A stretch of DNA of 64,000 nt. It comes from Spirochaetota bacterium (lineage in GTDB: Bacteria; Spirochaetota; UBA4802; UBA5550). The stretch is from contig JBGTBN010000071.1 of the NCBI GenBank assembly GCA_041749375.1, positions 2,297 through 66,296 on the forward strand, read 5' to 3'. A program made the translations under genes and the position numbers. The notes under the pieces are model-generated. The model had not been told where the DNA came from. It saw only the letters and a program-made list of their open reading frames with translations, and did no database searches. Numbering within the stretch: the stretch's first letter is position 1; each line of letters begins with the position of its first letter. Below are positions 46,401-56,629 of this stretch, in pieces.

Positions 46401-48643
46401 CCATCGAGTTGATGAGGGAATCGTACCGGGTCGGCGTTGAGACCGGCGACATCAATTACGCGGTATTTTCGGCCATCAATATCATCCAGTTACGGATACG
46501 TCTCGGGGACAACCTGGACCAGGTTTTCCACGAGTTGTTACAGTACCGCGACTTTGTGTACAGGACGAAAAACGAGGAATTTATCTACGAGTTTATCATG
46601 AACGAGCGATATATCCTGAGCCTCAAGGGCAGGACAAACTCGCTCACGGATTACGGCGACCATGAATTCATCGAAGCTGAATTCTATGAAAACATAAGGA
46701 AATTCCGGGTAACGAGAAACAGCTACACCCTGTACAAGATCATGTCCTGCTACCACGCGGGCGAGTATGGCAGGGCTTTCGATAACGCGGTCTCGGTCGA
46801 GAATGGTATCGGCGAGGTGCTTTACAGCCAGACCAATGTCGCCCTTTATTATTATTACTATTCCCTGACACTTGCGGCCCTGATGCGCGTATCGGATCCG
46901 GCGGACAAACGACGCCACCTCCACAAAATCAGGCGCAATTTGAAAAAACTCGGGAGATGGGCGCAGCAGAGCCCGGAAAACTATCTCCATAAAAAATTAC
47001 TCACCGAGGCGGAAATGGCCCGCGCTACCGGCAGGGACGATCGGGCCGCGGCACTGTACGATGCGGCGATACGTGAAGCACATGCGAGCGGCTTCCTTGA
47101 TGCGGAGGCGCTCGCTAATTCCCGGGCGGCAGATTATTACCATGCCCGCGGTTCCGAGCGGATCACGAGAGCGTATCTCCTTGAAGCGCGGTACTGTTAT
47201 TTGCGCCTAGGCTCAACGGTCCAGGTTCAGCGTCTCACCGAGATTTACCCGCAGTACCTGAGCGGCGATACACACCGCGATGGTGCAGAAACCGCCATGG
47301 AGCAAACAAGCAGCTCCTCCGGCACGAAGGCCCTCGATTTCAAGACGCTCCTGAAAACGACCAGTATAATCTCCGGTGAGATCGTACTCGAAAAGCTGCT
47401 GAAAAAGCTGGTCGTGGTGATCGGCGAGTGTGCGGCCGCAACGAAAGGCGCACTGATACTTGAAAAGGACGGGAAGTTTATAATCGAAGCAAGCGGCGAC
47501 ATGGTGACAAACCATATAAGCGTGCTGCAGGGCACCCCGATCGACATAAGCAACGAGGTTCCGCCCGCAATTATCAACTATGTCGCGCGTACAAGGGAGA
47601 GCCTTGTTCTGAACGACGCGTCGAATACCGGCCTGTTCGTGAATGATCCCTACATCAAGAGGAATCGCTGCAAGAGCGTCCTGTGCATACCTGTAATATA
47701 CCAGGCGAAGCTGACCGCAATACTGTATGCTGAGAACAACCTGGCCGAGCACGCTTTTACCGAGGACCGGATCGAGCTGCTTAAAACGCTTGCATCCTAT
47801 GTCGCTGTGTCGGTGGACAACGCACGTTTGTATGCGAACCTCGAAGAAAAGGTGAAGGAGCGTACCATGGAGTTGGAGGACGCGTATGAAAAGATCACCG
47901 GCGCGTACCGCATGATACAGGAGGATATTGGACTGGCGCGACGGATACAGGAGAGCATCCTGACCAGCCAGACCGAGTATGAGTCCCGGTTTAATGTGAA
48001 CGTGCATTTCTACCCGATGAGCGAGGTCGGCGGCGATATCTATGACATTGTGGAAATCAAGCCGGGGATACTTCGCGTTTTCATTGCAGACGCGACAGGG
48101 CACGGGATACAGGCAGCGCTCGTGACCATGCTGATAAAAAGCGAATATGAGAAAATTAAGCTCCAGCACCTGGCGCCATCGGAGCTCATGGGCATCCTGA
48201 ACAACCAGTTCATCAACCAGTATCGGAACCTGCTGGTGCTCTTCTCGTGTATGATTGTGGATATTGACATCAACACCGAGCAGGTCAGATATGCGTCGGC
48301 AGGTCATCCGGACCAGTATGTCATCAGTGGGAGCGATGTCACGGTTCTTCGGCGGACCGGGAAGATCGTCGGGTTTGTCCGCGACCTGACGTACGGGCTG
48401 GGCGAGATCCCTTTCGCCCCGGGAGGCAAGGTCATACTTTTTTCCGACGGTATCTACGAGGAATTTGACATGGATTTGAAGGAATACGGCGAGAAGCGGT
48501 TGATCGACGTCATCAGGAAGAGTTCGGGCCAGCCGGTGGAATCAATCACGAAGAACATCATACAGGACGTGCGGAATTTTACCGGCAAAGAGCGGATCAA
48601 CGCAAGCGATGATGTGACAATAATCGGGATCGAGACCGTATAA
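43451..48643 (+). CDS. Ser/Thr kinase - AAA/STAND ATPase - TPR-like - GAF - PP2C/SpoIIE phosphatase hybrid
   Basis: HKDIKPHN, DFG, YMSPEQTGR; GTPGIGKT, LDDLQWAD, GNPFF; GAF (SVLCIP..Y.EN..F); GGDIYD, DATGHG, FSDG, DDVT. Confidence 0.92.
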   Translation: MSIMTGYSITEKISEGNKSIVYRGLRESDSLPVVLKIFRQAYPTLADIARFKKEYELIKDLTIDGVVASYGLVEDKDRIALVLEDFNGTSLNEVLKTNKMSMEEFLHIAIRVADTLGYIHTNNIIHKDIKPHNILYNSSSGAVKITDFGISTLLARENENLYDPRIITGTLPYMSPEQTGRMNRPMDYRSDLYSLGVTLYEMTTGDVPFRSKDPLEVIHWHIARKPVAPRRVNDDVPEAISDIIMKLLEKNAENRYQNSYGLKADLEECRDRLRRGGRIEKFELGTNDLSFRFSLPQAFIGRDREKGVLVDAFHRVCQGGSEILAVTGTPGIGKTALVHEIEKSITEGRGFFIHSKYETVKKNVPYSAIIHAFQKLMLMILAEGSEQLAGWKQKILARLGANCQVIIDVIPELEMIVEQQPALPEIDPEKSQHRFTQVFGDFIRIFMTPDHPLVIFLDDLQWADSASLKLISRLLMDYRTEYFLLILAYRNSEVSPDHQLAGVISAMDDRLTTITLDNLSAGQIGEYIGHFVNNPHGGVAQLSEVIFRKTNGNPFFLIQFLRSIYDSRYLRCVSSEGWIWDLDRIKGMQVSDNVVELMIDRINSLRPTTREMLRIASCIGNRFDLESIALLSGRSFEVALTDLLDAMDEGIIYLSGNHYYFLHHRVQEVVYSMIPEQERCGLHYRIGHLHADASSPEETADKIFYIVHQLNSGVACAEGRDERIKLAQLNLVAGQKAKASTAYLSAESYLDIGIGLLDAGSWGRDYRLAFDLYFEKAECEYLNGNFDRANEFFDFLLTHATSRIDKALVYDKKIIILTNIGNHRAGMEYGLEALRMFGIRIPASPFRGRIIKGVITATLLLGKRKIRALLYAKEITDPEKIMIMTLCMDTGTSAYFVNNDVVAVLALKMLNLSLRYGNTRISPFAYLSYGLILGYGMGLYRTAYSFGELAMALTEKYHNIDLKPRILFIFGFLISHWRKHYSQTIELMRESYRVGVETGDINYAVFSAINIIQLRIRLGDNLDQVFHELLQYRDFVYRTKNEEFIYEFIMNERYILSLKGRTNSLTDYGDHEFIEAEFYENIRKFRVTRNSYTLYKIMSCYHAGEYGRAFDNAVSVENGIGEVLYSQTNVALYYYYYSLTLAALMRVSDPADKRRHLHKIRRNLKKLGRWAQQSPENYLHKKLLTEAEMARATGRDDRAAALYDAAIREAHASGFLDAEALANSRAADYYHARGSERITRAYLLEARYCYLRLGSTVQVQRLTEIYPQYLSGDTHRDGAETAMEQTSSSSGTKALDFKTLLKTTSIISGEIVLEKLLKKLVVVIGECAAATKGALILEKDGKFIIEASGDMVTNHISVLQGTPIDISNEVPPAIINYVARTRESLVLNDASNTGLFVNDPYIKRNRCKSVLCIPVIYQAKLTAILYAENNLAEHAFTEDRIELLKTLASYVAVSVDNARLYANLEEKVKERTMELEDAYEKITGAYRMIQEDIGLARRIQESILTSQTEYESRFNVNVHFYPMSEVGGDIYDIVEIKPGILRVFIADATGHGIQAALVTMLIKSEYEKIKLQHLAPSELMGILNNQFINQYRNLLVLFSCMIVDIDINTEQVRYASAGHPDQYVISGSDVTVLRRTGKIVGFVRDLTYGLGEIPFAPGGKVILFSDGIYEEFDMDLKEYGEKRLIDVIRKSSGQPVESITKNIIQDVRNFTGKERINASDDVTIIGIETV

Positions 48644-48644
48644 G

Positions 48645-49493
48645 TTACCCGAGGTAGAGCAGGATATGATTTGTACCGAACAGCCTGATTCTTCCTGGCG
48701 AAAGCGCGTTGGATCGGGCCTTTTTAAAAGGCTTTATCATCGGTGATATGAAATCATGGTCGCTGTATATTTCCCTGCCGAGGCTGCCTGCCGCCAGGTT
48801 GTTTCGATTTCCGTCGATCATCAGTATGTAGCGCGGTTTTTCAGGATCGTCCGGTGATTTGATGAATATGTCCCTGGACCTGACGACGCGACCGTCAATA
48901 TTCACGTTGATGAAATCAGGTTCCTCGACGGAAATGACCGGGAAGCCGGTGCTTCTCTTGATATCGATGGTCCGGTACGGAATTATGAACCAGGAACGGT
49001 TACGCTCAAAGGTGATCCACTTGTATTTTTTTTGGGAGTAATCCTTGCGGACGGCGACAGGATGCCCGGCGCCGGTACCCGTGCTGTCGTGGGAAAGGGC
49101 GGGGAAACTCTCGAATGAGACTGACCTGGCATCGGATATCCTGGACAACAGGGAATGGACAAGGTCGAAATCCATTCCCTCCCGTGTATAGCGCTCGCGG
49201 TAGGTGCGAAGGACCGCTTTAAGCTTCATTATGTCTTCGTGGCCGGTTATTGTGTTGTATCCGGCGTATATGGATGAGAGGATGTCAAGTTGATGGTCGA
49301 GGTCGGCGTACAGGGACTCGAATCCGGCGTAGCTGTTCTCGAGCTTGCCGATCGATTCTTCGACACGCTGATGAATCTGCTCGATCTTCTGCAGAGTGTA
49401 ATTCCACAGATCCCCGTAATCACGGTATGAAGTAAGGGTGTTGCCGCCTGGCGTCATTGTCTGCTGACCGTTTTCTTTTTGTTCATATGACAT
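48645..49493 (-). CDS. Hypothetical protein (N-terminal coiled coil, beta-rich C-terminus)
   Basis: 282-aa ORF filling the gap, convergent with the kinase gene; family not recognised. Confidence 0.65.
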   Translation of the reverse strand: MSYEQKENGQQTMTPGGNTLTSYRDYGDLWNYTLQKIEQIHQRVEESIGKLENSYAGFESLYADLDHQLDILSSIYAGYNTITGHEDIMKLKAVLRTYRERYTREGMDFDLVHSLLSRISDARSVSFESFPALSHDSTGTGAGHPVAVRKDYSQKKYKWITFERNRSWFIIPYRTIDIKRSTGFPVISVEEPDFINVNIDGRVVRSRDIFIKSPDDPEKPRYILMIDGNRNNLAAGSLGREIYSDHDFISPMIKPFKKARSNALSPGRIRLFGTNHILLYLG

Positions 49494-49724
49494 AAAATTT
49501 ATTTATTGTGTACACGAATCCCTGATAATAGTCAATTATTTTTACAATGAGCTCCAAATTACTTGACACATCGTATAATAGCACCATGATTGAATACCGA
49601 TGAGGTAACCCGTTCGGCCTTTCCAGAACGAAAGGCCCCCGCGGACCACGAATTAATACCGAACAGACTGTTGCAGCCCGGCCGGTTTCGCGGCTGAAGG
49701 GCCATGAATTTACGAGGTGTATCC

Positions 49725-50486
49725 ATGATAGGAAAAAAAATTCGGCTCCAGCGGATAATCAACCGCAATACGCAGAAAACCATCATCGTTCCGTTGGACC
49801 ATGGGGTGACTGTCGGTCCGATCCCTGGACTGATCAATATGACCACGACGGTGAACCAGGTCGCGGAGGGTGGCGCGAACGCGATTTTAATGCACAAGGG
49901 TATCGTCGAAACAGGCCACCGGAGCGGGGGAAAAGATATCGGTCTGATCGTTCATCTTTCAGCGAGCACTGTCCTTGCGCCTGATTCCAACGCGAAAACC
50001 CTGGTCTGCTCTGTCGAGGAGGCGGTTCGCCTCGGCGCTGACGCTGTCTCGATCCATGTTAACATCGGCGCAAACACCGAGTCGGACATGCTGAGCAATA
50101 TGGGCATGGTTTCGCGCTCGTGCAGGGATTGGGGGATGCCCCTCCTGGCCATGATGTATACGCGTGGCTCCAAGATAAAAAACGAGTATGACGTTTCTGT
50201 TGTAAAGCACGCGGCCCGTGTCGGCGCCGAGCTCGGGGCCGACATCGTTAAAGTCAATTACACGGGGTCTCCCGAAACATTCCGCGAGGTTGTTCTGGGG
50301 TGCCCCGTACCGGTTGTCATTGCAGGCGGAGAAAAGATGGAGACTGATGAAGAAATCCTTACCATGGTGAAAGGATCTATCGAAGCCGGCGGGGCCGGCG
50401 TCTCGATCGGGCGGAATATTTTCCAGCATGAAAACCCGGCGATTATTGTCAAAAAAATAGCGGAAATCGTCCACGGGAACAATTGA
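49725..50486 (+). CDS. 2-amino-3,7-dideoxy-D-threo-hept-6-ulosonate (ADH) synthase, DhnA-type aldolase (AroA')
   Basis: [37 protein letters not shown]; coupled to DHQ synthase II. Confidence 0.9.
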   Translation: MIGKKIRLQRIINRNTQKTIIVPLDHGVTVGPIPGLINMTTTVNQVAEGGANAILMHKGIVETGHRSGGKDIGLIVHLSASTVLAPDSNAKTLVCSVEEAVRLGADAVSIHVNIGANTESDMLSNMGMVSRSCRDWGMPLLAMMYTRGSKIKNEYDVSVVKHAARVGAELGADIVKVNYTGSPETFREVVLGCPVPVVIAGGEKMETDEEILTMVKGSIEAGGAGVSIGRNIFQHENPAIIVKKIAEIVHGNN

Positions 50487-51490
50487 TGAAAGAAGTATGG
50501 CTCCACCTTCCCACGTGGGATAAAAAGCTCGTTACCGAGGCGATCGAATCAGGTATTGACGCGATCCTGACCGTTCCGGAGCACGTTCGGAAGATCAAGG
50601 AGCTCGGCCGGATATCAGTGATCGCGGCCGAATCCGGCGACCGCAAGGTGCCGGATGACGTGGAAGTGATCACAATCCGGAACAAGGAGGACGAAAACCG
50701 GGCAGCGGCTTCACTCAAGACGAAGATCGTTGCGGTCCGCACGACGGACTGGGACATCATCCCCCTTGAAAACCTGATTCCACAGGGCGGGGAGCGTCTC
50801 TATACCTTCGTGCGGGGACTTGAAGACGCAAAGGTTGCGGCCGGTATACTTGAAAAAGGGGTTGCCGGCATCGTGCTCGAGACGGCAGATCCCTCGGAGA
50901 TCTCGCGTGTCGTCAGGTTCGTGAAGGACCTGGACAGCGAGACGTTCGGTCTTGTCGAGCTGAAAATCACCGGTATCAGGAATATCGGGATCGGCGATCG
51001 GGTGTGCGTCGATACCTGCTGCAATATTAATCTTTCCGAAGGACTTCTCGTCGGCAACGCGAGCCAGGGAATGTTCCTGGTTCATGCCGAGAACATAGAA
51101 AACCCATATGTTGCCCCTCGTCCCTTCAGAATAAACGCCGGCGCAGTCCATTCCTATGTCCGTGTTCCCGACGGCAAGACACGGTATCTCGGAGAGCTTA
51201 AAACCGGCGATCCGGTGCTTATAGTGGCGAAAAACGGAAAGACCTATACTTCCCATGTCGGCCGCTCTAAGATCGAAAAGCGGCCCATGCTTGTCATCCA
51301 TGCGGCTGACGAGGCAGGAACCGAATGCTCCATTGTCCTCCAGAACGCCGAAACGATCCGTCTTACCGCGCACGACGGAAGCGCGGTTAGCGTGGCGGAG
51401 CTGAAGATCGGCGATCGAGTGCTGGGTTTCATGGAGAAGGGTGGCCGTCATTTCGGCATGGCTGTTGAAGAATCGATCAAAGAACAATAA
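50483..51490 (+). CDS. 3-dehydroquinate synthase II (AroB')
   Basis: [45 protein letters not shown]. Confidence 0.93.
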   Translation: MMKEVWLHLPTWDKKLVTEAIESGIDAILTVPEHVRKIKELGRISVIAAESGDRKVPDDVEVITIRNKEDENRAAASLKTKIVAVRTTDWDIIPLENLIPQGGERLYTFVRGLEDAKVAAGILEKGVAGIVLETADPSEISRVVRFVKDLDSETFGLVELKITGIRNIGIGDRVCVDTCCNINLSEGLLVGNASQGMFLVHAENIENPYVAPRPFRINAGAVHSYVRVPDGKTRYLGELKTGDPVLIVAKNGKTYTSHVGRSKIEKRPMLVIHAADEAGTECSIVLQNAETIRLTAHDGSAVSVAELKIGDRVLGFMEKGGRHFGMAVEESIKEQ

Positions 51491-51648
51491 CGGCTGTTAT
51501 CTGTATTAAAGCCCGGTAATACCGGCCTGGCGGTTGAATAAATCCTTCCATATCGTTATATTCTTATAACCGATAAGCTATTTTCAAATCTACTCTTCGT
51601 TAATATTGATTGAATACATTTACCGTGAGTGTAAATGTGCATCAGTAA

Positions 51649-51666
51649 TCGTGAAATATTTCACAA
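51649..51666. promoter_or_regulatory. Rex-type operator upstream of PFOR
   Basis: TCGTGAAATATTTCACAA versus consensus TTGTGAAnnnnTTCACAA (1 mismatch). Confidence 0.7.
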
Positions 51667-51704
51667 ACTTTAGATTTATAGCATACCTATCTCATATCTT
51701 TGGC

Positions 51705-51733
51705 TTGACGGAAAACCCGTTGTTTTTTAATTT
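51705..51733 (+). promoter_or_regulatory. Putative sigma70 promoter of nifJ
   Basis: TTGACG-17 nt-TAATTT. Confidence 0.5.
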
Positions 51734-51832
51734 GAAAAAAAGATTTCATAATCGATACGTTTACAGATATTCTAATAAATATGCACATAGGGGAATAAAG
51801 TTAATATATAAATTGGTATAAGGAGATTCCCG

Positions 51833-54800
51833 ATGCCCCAGAAGAAAAAAATGAAATCAATGGATGGAAACATGGCGGCGGCACATGTGGCTTACGCATT
51901 TACAGAAGTCGCAACTATTTATCCCATAACACCTTCTTCTCCCATGCCTGAGTTTATAGATGAATGGGCGGCACAGGGAATGAAAAACATTTTTGGCGAA
52001 GTACCCAGGGTCGTTGAAATGCAGTCCGAAACAGGAGCGGCCGGAGCGATGCATGGGGCTCTCCAGTCCGGGGCACTGGCGACAACGTATACCGCTTCTC
52101 AGGGACTCCTCCTCATGATACCCAACATGTACAAGATTGCCGGAGAATTGTTGCCCGGCGTCATGCACGTTACCGCGCGGTCGCTGTCGACCCACGCACT
52201 TTCCATATTCGGCGATCAGGCCGACGTCTATTCGGTGCGGCAGGCTGGATTTGCCATGCTTGCCAGCGGCGGTGTCCAGGAAGTTATGGACCTTGCCAGC
52301 GTCGCTCACCTGGCCGCAATCAAGAGCAGGATTCCGTTCATGCATTTTTTTGACGGTTTCCGCACATCGCACGAGATACAGAAAATTGAAGTCATAGACT
52401 ACGAAGATCTGAAGAAGCTCCTCGACAGGGAAGCGCTTGACCAGTTCAGGAAACGCGCCCTGAGACCGCAGAGTCCGGTGACGAGGGGGACCAACCAGAA
52501 CCCGGATATATACTTCCAGCTCCGCGAAGCTTCTAACTCCTACTACAACGCGGTACCGGACTGCGTTGAAGCGTACATGAACGAGATAAGCAAACTGACC
52601 GGCCGCGAGTACCACCCGTTCAATTATTATGGAGCGCCGGACGCCGAGAATGTCATCATCGCGATGGGATCGGTCACTGAAACGGTTGAGGAAACGATCG
52701 ACTACCTCATGGCCAAGGGCGAGAAGGTGGGCCTGATTTCGGTTCATCTCTACCGGCCATTCTCGGAAAAGTACTTCATGAAAGTGCTCCCGAAATCCGT
52801 CAAACGGATCGCGGTGCTCGAGCGGACAAAGGAGCCGGGCGCTAACGGTGAGCCCCTCTACCTCGATGTGCGCGATATATTTTACGGGAAGAATACCTCG
52901 ACACTGATCGTCGGCGGAAGGTACGGTCTGAGCTCCAAGGACACAACGCCTGGTCAGATTATCGCGGTATACGATAACCTGAAACTGCCGGAACCTAAAA
53001 ACGGCTTTACTATCGGTATAACAGATGATGTGACGTTTACGTCTCTGCCTGTTAAGGACAATATTGCCACCACGCCGGTGGGGACCTTTGCCGCCAAGTT
53101 TTACGGCATCGGTGCAGACGGGACCGTTGGGGCGAACAAGAACTCGCTGAAGATCATTGGCGACAACACGGACATGTTCGCGCAGGCGTACTTTGCTTAT
53201 GATGCCAAAAAATCGGGCGGGGCCACCATTTCACACATCCGGTTCGGGAAAAAACAGATAAAATCGCCATACCTTGTCATAAACGCTGATTTTGTTGCCT
53301 GCCATGTCCCTGCTTATATTGACCAGTATGACATGCTGAAGGGTCTGAAAAAAGGCGGCACATTTTTATTGAATAGCATCTGGGATGCGGAGGAGATAAA
53401 GGAGCGTCTTCCGGATTCAATAAAAAAATATCTCGCTGATAATGACATCAAGTTCTACATAATCAATGCAACTCAGATAGCCGAGGACCTCGGCCTGGGT
53501 TCACGGACCAATAGCATCATGCAGGCGGCTTTTTTCAAGCTCGCAAATGTAATTCAGCATGAAGAGTCTGTCCGGTACATGAAGACAGCGGTCGATAAAA
53601 CCTACGGGAAGAAGGGCGATGATGTCGTAAAGATGAACTATGCAGCTATCGACAAGGGCGGCGACGGCCTCGTGAAGATAGAGGTGCCGGCTGAATGGAA
53701 AAATCTCACGGTTGAGAGAGACAGGGCGCGCGGAGACGTTCCTGAATTCGTAAAGAACATCGCCGACCCCATGAACAGGCTCGAGGGTGACAGTCTGCCG
53801 GTAAGCGCTTTTAATGATATGCCGGACGGCACATTTCCGATGGGCACCACCGCATACGAGAAGCGTGGCATAGCGGTCAATGTGCCGGAATGGCAGCCGG
53901 AAGAGTGCATCCAGTGCAACCAGTGCTCCTACGTCTGTCCCCACGCGGTCATACGGTCCTTCCTCCTGGACGATAAGGAAGCGGCAGGCGTCCCTGCCGG
54001 CACAAAGCTCATAGACGCGAAAGGGAAGGGTCTCGAGGGCCTGAAATTCAAGATTCAAATAAGTCCGCTGGACTGCACGGGATGCGGGAACTGCGAGCAG
54101 ACCTGCCCGGCAAAACCCAAGGCGCTCGTGATGAAGCATCTTGGCACGCAGATGGTGGAAAGCGAGCGGTGGAACTACTTCAGCCGGAACGTAACCTACA
54201 AGGACACCCTGATGCCGATAAGCACGGTCAAGGGGAGCCAGTTCGCACAGCCGCTGTTCCAGTTCTCCGGCGCCTGCGCCGGATGCGGAGAAACGCCCTA
54301 CATCAAGCTCATTACTCAGCTCTACGGAGAGCGCATGATGATCTCAAACGCGACCGGCTGTTCATCAATATACAGTAGTTCGGCTCCTAGCACTCCCTTC
54401 TGCGTAAACGCGGACGGGTGCGGGCCCTCGTGGGCAAGCTCGCTATTTGAAGACAACGCGGAATACGGCTATGGCATGCGAGTAGGCGTCGAGCAGATGC
54501 GGGAAACCATTGCCAGTCTGTCCGCCGCGCTTATTTCCGGCGATGCGTCCCCGGAACTCAAAACGGTGCTCCAGCAATGGCTTGACGGGCGGAATGATCC
54601 TGTTGCGTCGAAAAAGGCCGCCGAGGTCATGGCCCGGTTGCTGGAAAAGGACGGCTCGGCCACGGCTAAAGAGCTTCTTGCCCTGAAGGACTACTTCGAA
54701 AAGCGGTCAGTCTGGATAATCGGCGGCGACGGATGGGCGTACGACATCGGGTACGGAGGCCTGGACCACGTCCTCGCTTCCGGTGAAGACGTTAACGTAC

Positions 54801-55366
54801 TGGTACTTGATACCGAAGTGTACTCCAATACCGGCGGGCAGTCGTCAAAGTCGACGCCAACTGCAGCGGTGGCCAAGTTCGCCGCGTCCGGGAAGAGGGT
54901 GAGAAAAAAGGACCTGGGCATGATGGCGTTGTCATACGGGTATGTGTACGTGGCGCAGATAGCCATGGGCGCAAACCAGGCCCAGACCCTCAAGGTCATG
55001 CAGGAGGCGGAGGCATATCCCGGCCCGTCTCTGATCATAGCATATTCGCCCTGCATCAATCACGGTCTCCGCGCCGGCATGGGTAAATCCCAGCTTGAAA
55101 GCAAGCTCGCAGTCGAGAGCGGCTACTGGCACCTGTACCGCTACAATCCGCTTCTCGAGCGCGAGGGGAAGAACCCTTTCACACTTGATTCGAAGGAGCC
55201 GGACTGGAGCAAGTTCCAGGACTTCCTGCAGGGAGAGGTAAGGTACACCTCTCTCAAGAAGGAATTTCCCGCGAACGCGGCCGAGCTTTTCAAGGCGGCC
55301 GAAGAGAACGCGCGCTGGAGATACAAGTCGTACCAGCGGCTCGCAGGGGTTGAACAGAAACAATAA
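51833..55366 (+). CDS. nifJ: Pyruvate:ferredoxin (flavodoxin) oxidoreductase, homodimeric type
   Basis: YPITPS, ASQGLLLM, GFRTSHE, two CxxCxxCxxxCP ferredoxin motifs, FSGACAGCGETPY, GGDGWAYDIG. Confidence 0.97.
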   Translation: MPQKKKMKSMDGNMAAAHVAYAFTEVATIYPITPSSPMPEFIDEWAAQGMKNIFGEVPRVVEMQSETGAAGAMHGALQSGALATTYTASQGLLLMIPNMYKIAGELLPGVMHVTARSLSTHALSIFGDQADVYSVRQAGFAMLASGGVQEVMDLASVAHLAAIKSRIPFMHFFDGFRTSHEIQKIEVIDYEDLKKLLDREALDQFRKRALRPQSPVTRGTNQNPDIYFQLREASNSYYNAVPDCVEAYMNEISKLTGREYHPFNYYGAPDAENVIIAMGSVTETVEETIDYLMAKGEKVGLISVHLYRPFSEKYFMKVLPKSVKRIAVLERTKEPGANGEPLYLDVRDIFYGKNTSTLIVGGRYGLSSKDTTPGQIIAVYDNLKLPEPKNGFTIGITDDVTFTSLPVKDNIATTPVGTFAAKFYGIGADGTVGANKNSLKIIGDNTDMFAQAYFAYDAKKSGGATISHIRFGKKQIKSPYLVINADFVACHVPAYIDQYDMLKGLKKGGTFLLNSIWDAEEIKERLPDSIKKYLADNDIKFYIINATQIAEDLGLGSRTNSIMQAAFFKLANVIQHEESVRYMKTAVDKTYGKKGDDVVKMNYAAIDKGGDGLVKIEVPAEWKNLTVERDRARGDVPEFVKNIADPMNRLEGDSLPVSAFNDMPDGTFPMGTTAYEKRGIAVNVPEWQPEECIQCNQCSYVCPHAVIRSFLLDDKEAAGVPAGTKLIDAKGKGLEGLKFKIQISPLDCTGCGNCEQTCPAKPKALVMKHLGTQMVESERWNYFSRNVTYKDTLMPISTVKGSQFAQPLFQFSGACAGCGETPYIKLITQLYGERMMISNATGCSSIYSSSAPSTPFCVNADGCGPSWASSLFEDNAEYGYGMRVGVEQMRETIASLSAALISGDASPELKTVLQQWLDGRNDPVASKKAAEVMARLLEKDGSATAKELLALKDYFEKRSVWIIGGDGWAYDIGYGGLDHVLASGEDVNVLVLDTEVYSNTGGQSSKSTPTAAVAKFAASGKRVRKKDLGMMALSYGYVYVAQIAMGANQAQTLKVMQEAEAYPGPSLIIAYSPCINHGLRAGMGKSQLESKLAVESGYWHLYRYNPLLEREGKNPFTLDSKEPDWSKFQDFLQGEVRYTSLKKEFPANAAELFKAAEENARWRYKSYQRLAGVEQKQ

Positions 55367-55393
55367 GCCGGGATTATCACAGTGATATTGAAC

Positions 55394-55425
55394 GTTGTCC
55401 CCGCCAGTGCGGGGACAACTTTTTT
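55394..55425 (+). terminator. Intrinsic terminator after nifJ
   Basis: GTTGTCCCCGC-CAGT-GCGGGGACAAC followed by T6. Confidence 0.8.
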
Positions 55426-55517
55426 ACGGCCAGGGCCGATTCCCGCTTGCGCCGCAGGGACTGCGGGTTTATGTATGGCGCGGCGGTATTGCATTTATAT
55501 AGAAAGAGGAGGGCGCC

Positions 55518-56624
55518 ATGCCAGAAAAGATAGTGTGGATAGATTTCGATACGATGGAGAGGTTCATGAAGGACGCCCTCAAGGCAGTCGGTGTTCCTGA
55601 GGAAGACGCGAAAATCTGCGCCAATATCCTGATAACATCGGACAAGAGGGGCATCGATTCTCATGGCATAAACCGCCTCAAACCGATCTACATCGATCGC
55701 ATCAGGGACGGGATTCTCTCGCCGACCACGACGTTTGAAATCGTGAAAGAGGGCCCGACGACAGCCGTTGTCGACGGTCATAACGGCATGGGGCATGTCA
55801 TAGGAAAACGCTCCATGGCGACGGCCATAGAAAAAGCAAAGAAATACGGCATGGGAATGGTCGCGGTGCGCAACTCGACCCACTACGGCATCGCAGGATA
55901 TTTCTCCATCATGGCGGCCGACCAGAACATGATCGGCATAACCGGTACCAACGCGCGGCCGAGCATAGCCCCGACGTTCGGAATTGAGAACATGCTGGGC
56001 ACAAACCCGCTCGTCTTCGGCATTCCCACTGACGAGGAGTTTCCCTTCGTGATAGACTGTGCCACCTCGATAACGCAGCGAGGAAAGATAGAGGTTTATG
56101 CGCGCCAGGGCAAGACGATGCCGGAGGGTTGGGTTATCGACAACGAGGGTCAATCAACGACTGACGCGAACAGGGCGTTAAAACAGCTCATCGACGGGAC
56201 CGCGGCCCTCACGCCTCTGGGCGGGATAGGCGAGGACGGAGGCGGTTACAAGGGGTACGGCTACGCAACGGTTGTCGAGATACTCTGCGCAGCTCTGCAG
56301 GCAGGAAGTTTCCTCAAGATGCTATCCGGTTTTGACGGGGGGAAGAAAATCCCATACCACCTAGGACATTTTTTCATCGCGATCGATATTTCGCACTTCA
56401 TAGATCCGGCGGATTTCAAAAAGACGGCCGGCGACATTTTAAGGGAGCTGCGCGCGTCGAAGAAGATGCCGGGAGAGGAGCGGATATATACCGCCGGCGA
56501 GAAGGAATACCTCGCATGGCTTGACAGGAAGGACAGGGGCGTCCCCGTAAACAAGAGCCTGCAGGATGACATCGTCGCTCTGCGTGACGGGTTAAAGATA
56601 ACAGGGTACGATTTCCCGTTCTAA
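55518..56624 (+). CDS. Ldh_2 family (malate/L-lactate/sulfolactate-like) oxidoreductase
   Basis: G.DSHG, NSTHYG, GTNPL, D.ATS, GYKGYG. Confidence 0.9.
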   Translation: MPEKIVWIDFDTMERFMKDALKAVGVPEEDAKICANILITSDKRGIDSHGINRLKPIYIDRIRDGILSPTTTFEIVKEGPTTAVVDGHNGMGHVIGKRSMATAIEKAKKYGMGMVAVRNSTHYGIAGYFSIMAADQNMIGITGTNARPSIAPTFGIENMLGTNPLVFGIPTDEEFPFVIDCATSITQRGKIEVYARQGKTMPEGWVIDNEGQSTTDANRALKQLIDGTAALTPLGGIGEDGGGYKGYGYATVVEILCAALQAGSFLKMLSGFDGGKKIPYHLGHFFIAIDISHFIDPADFKKTAGDILRELRASKKMPGEERIYTAGEKEYLAWLDRKDRGVPVNKSLQDDIVALRDGLKITGYDFPF

Positions 56625-56629
56625 TCTGC

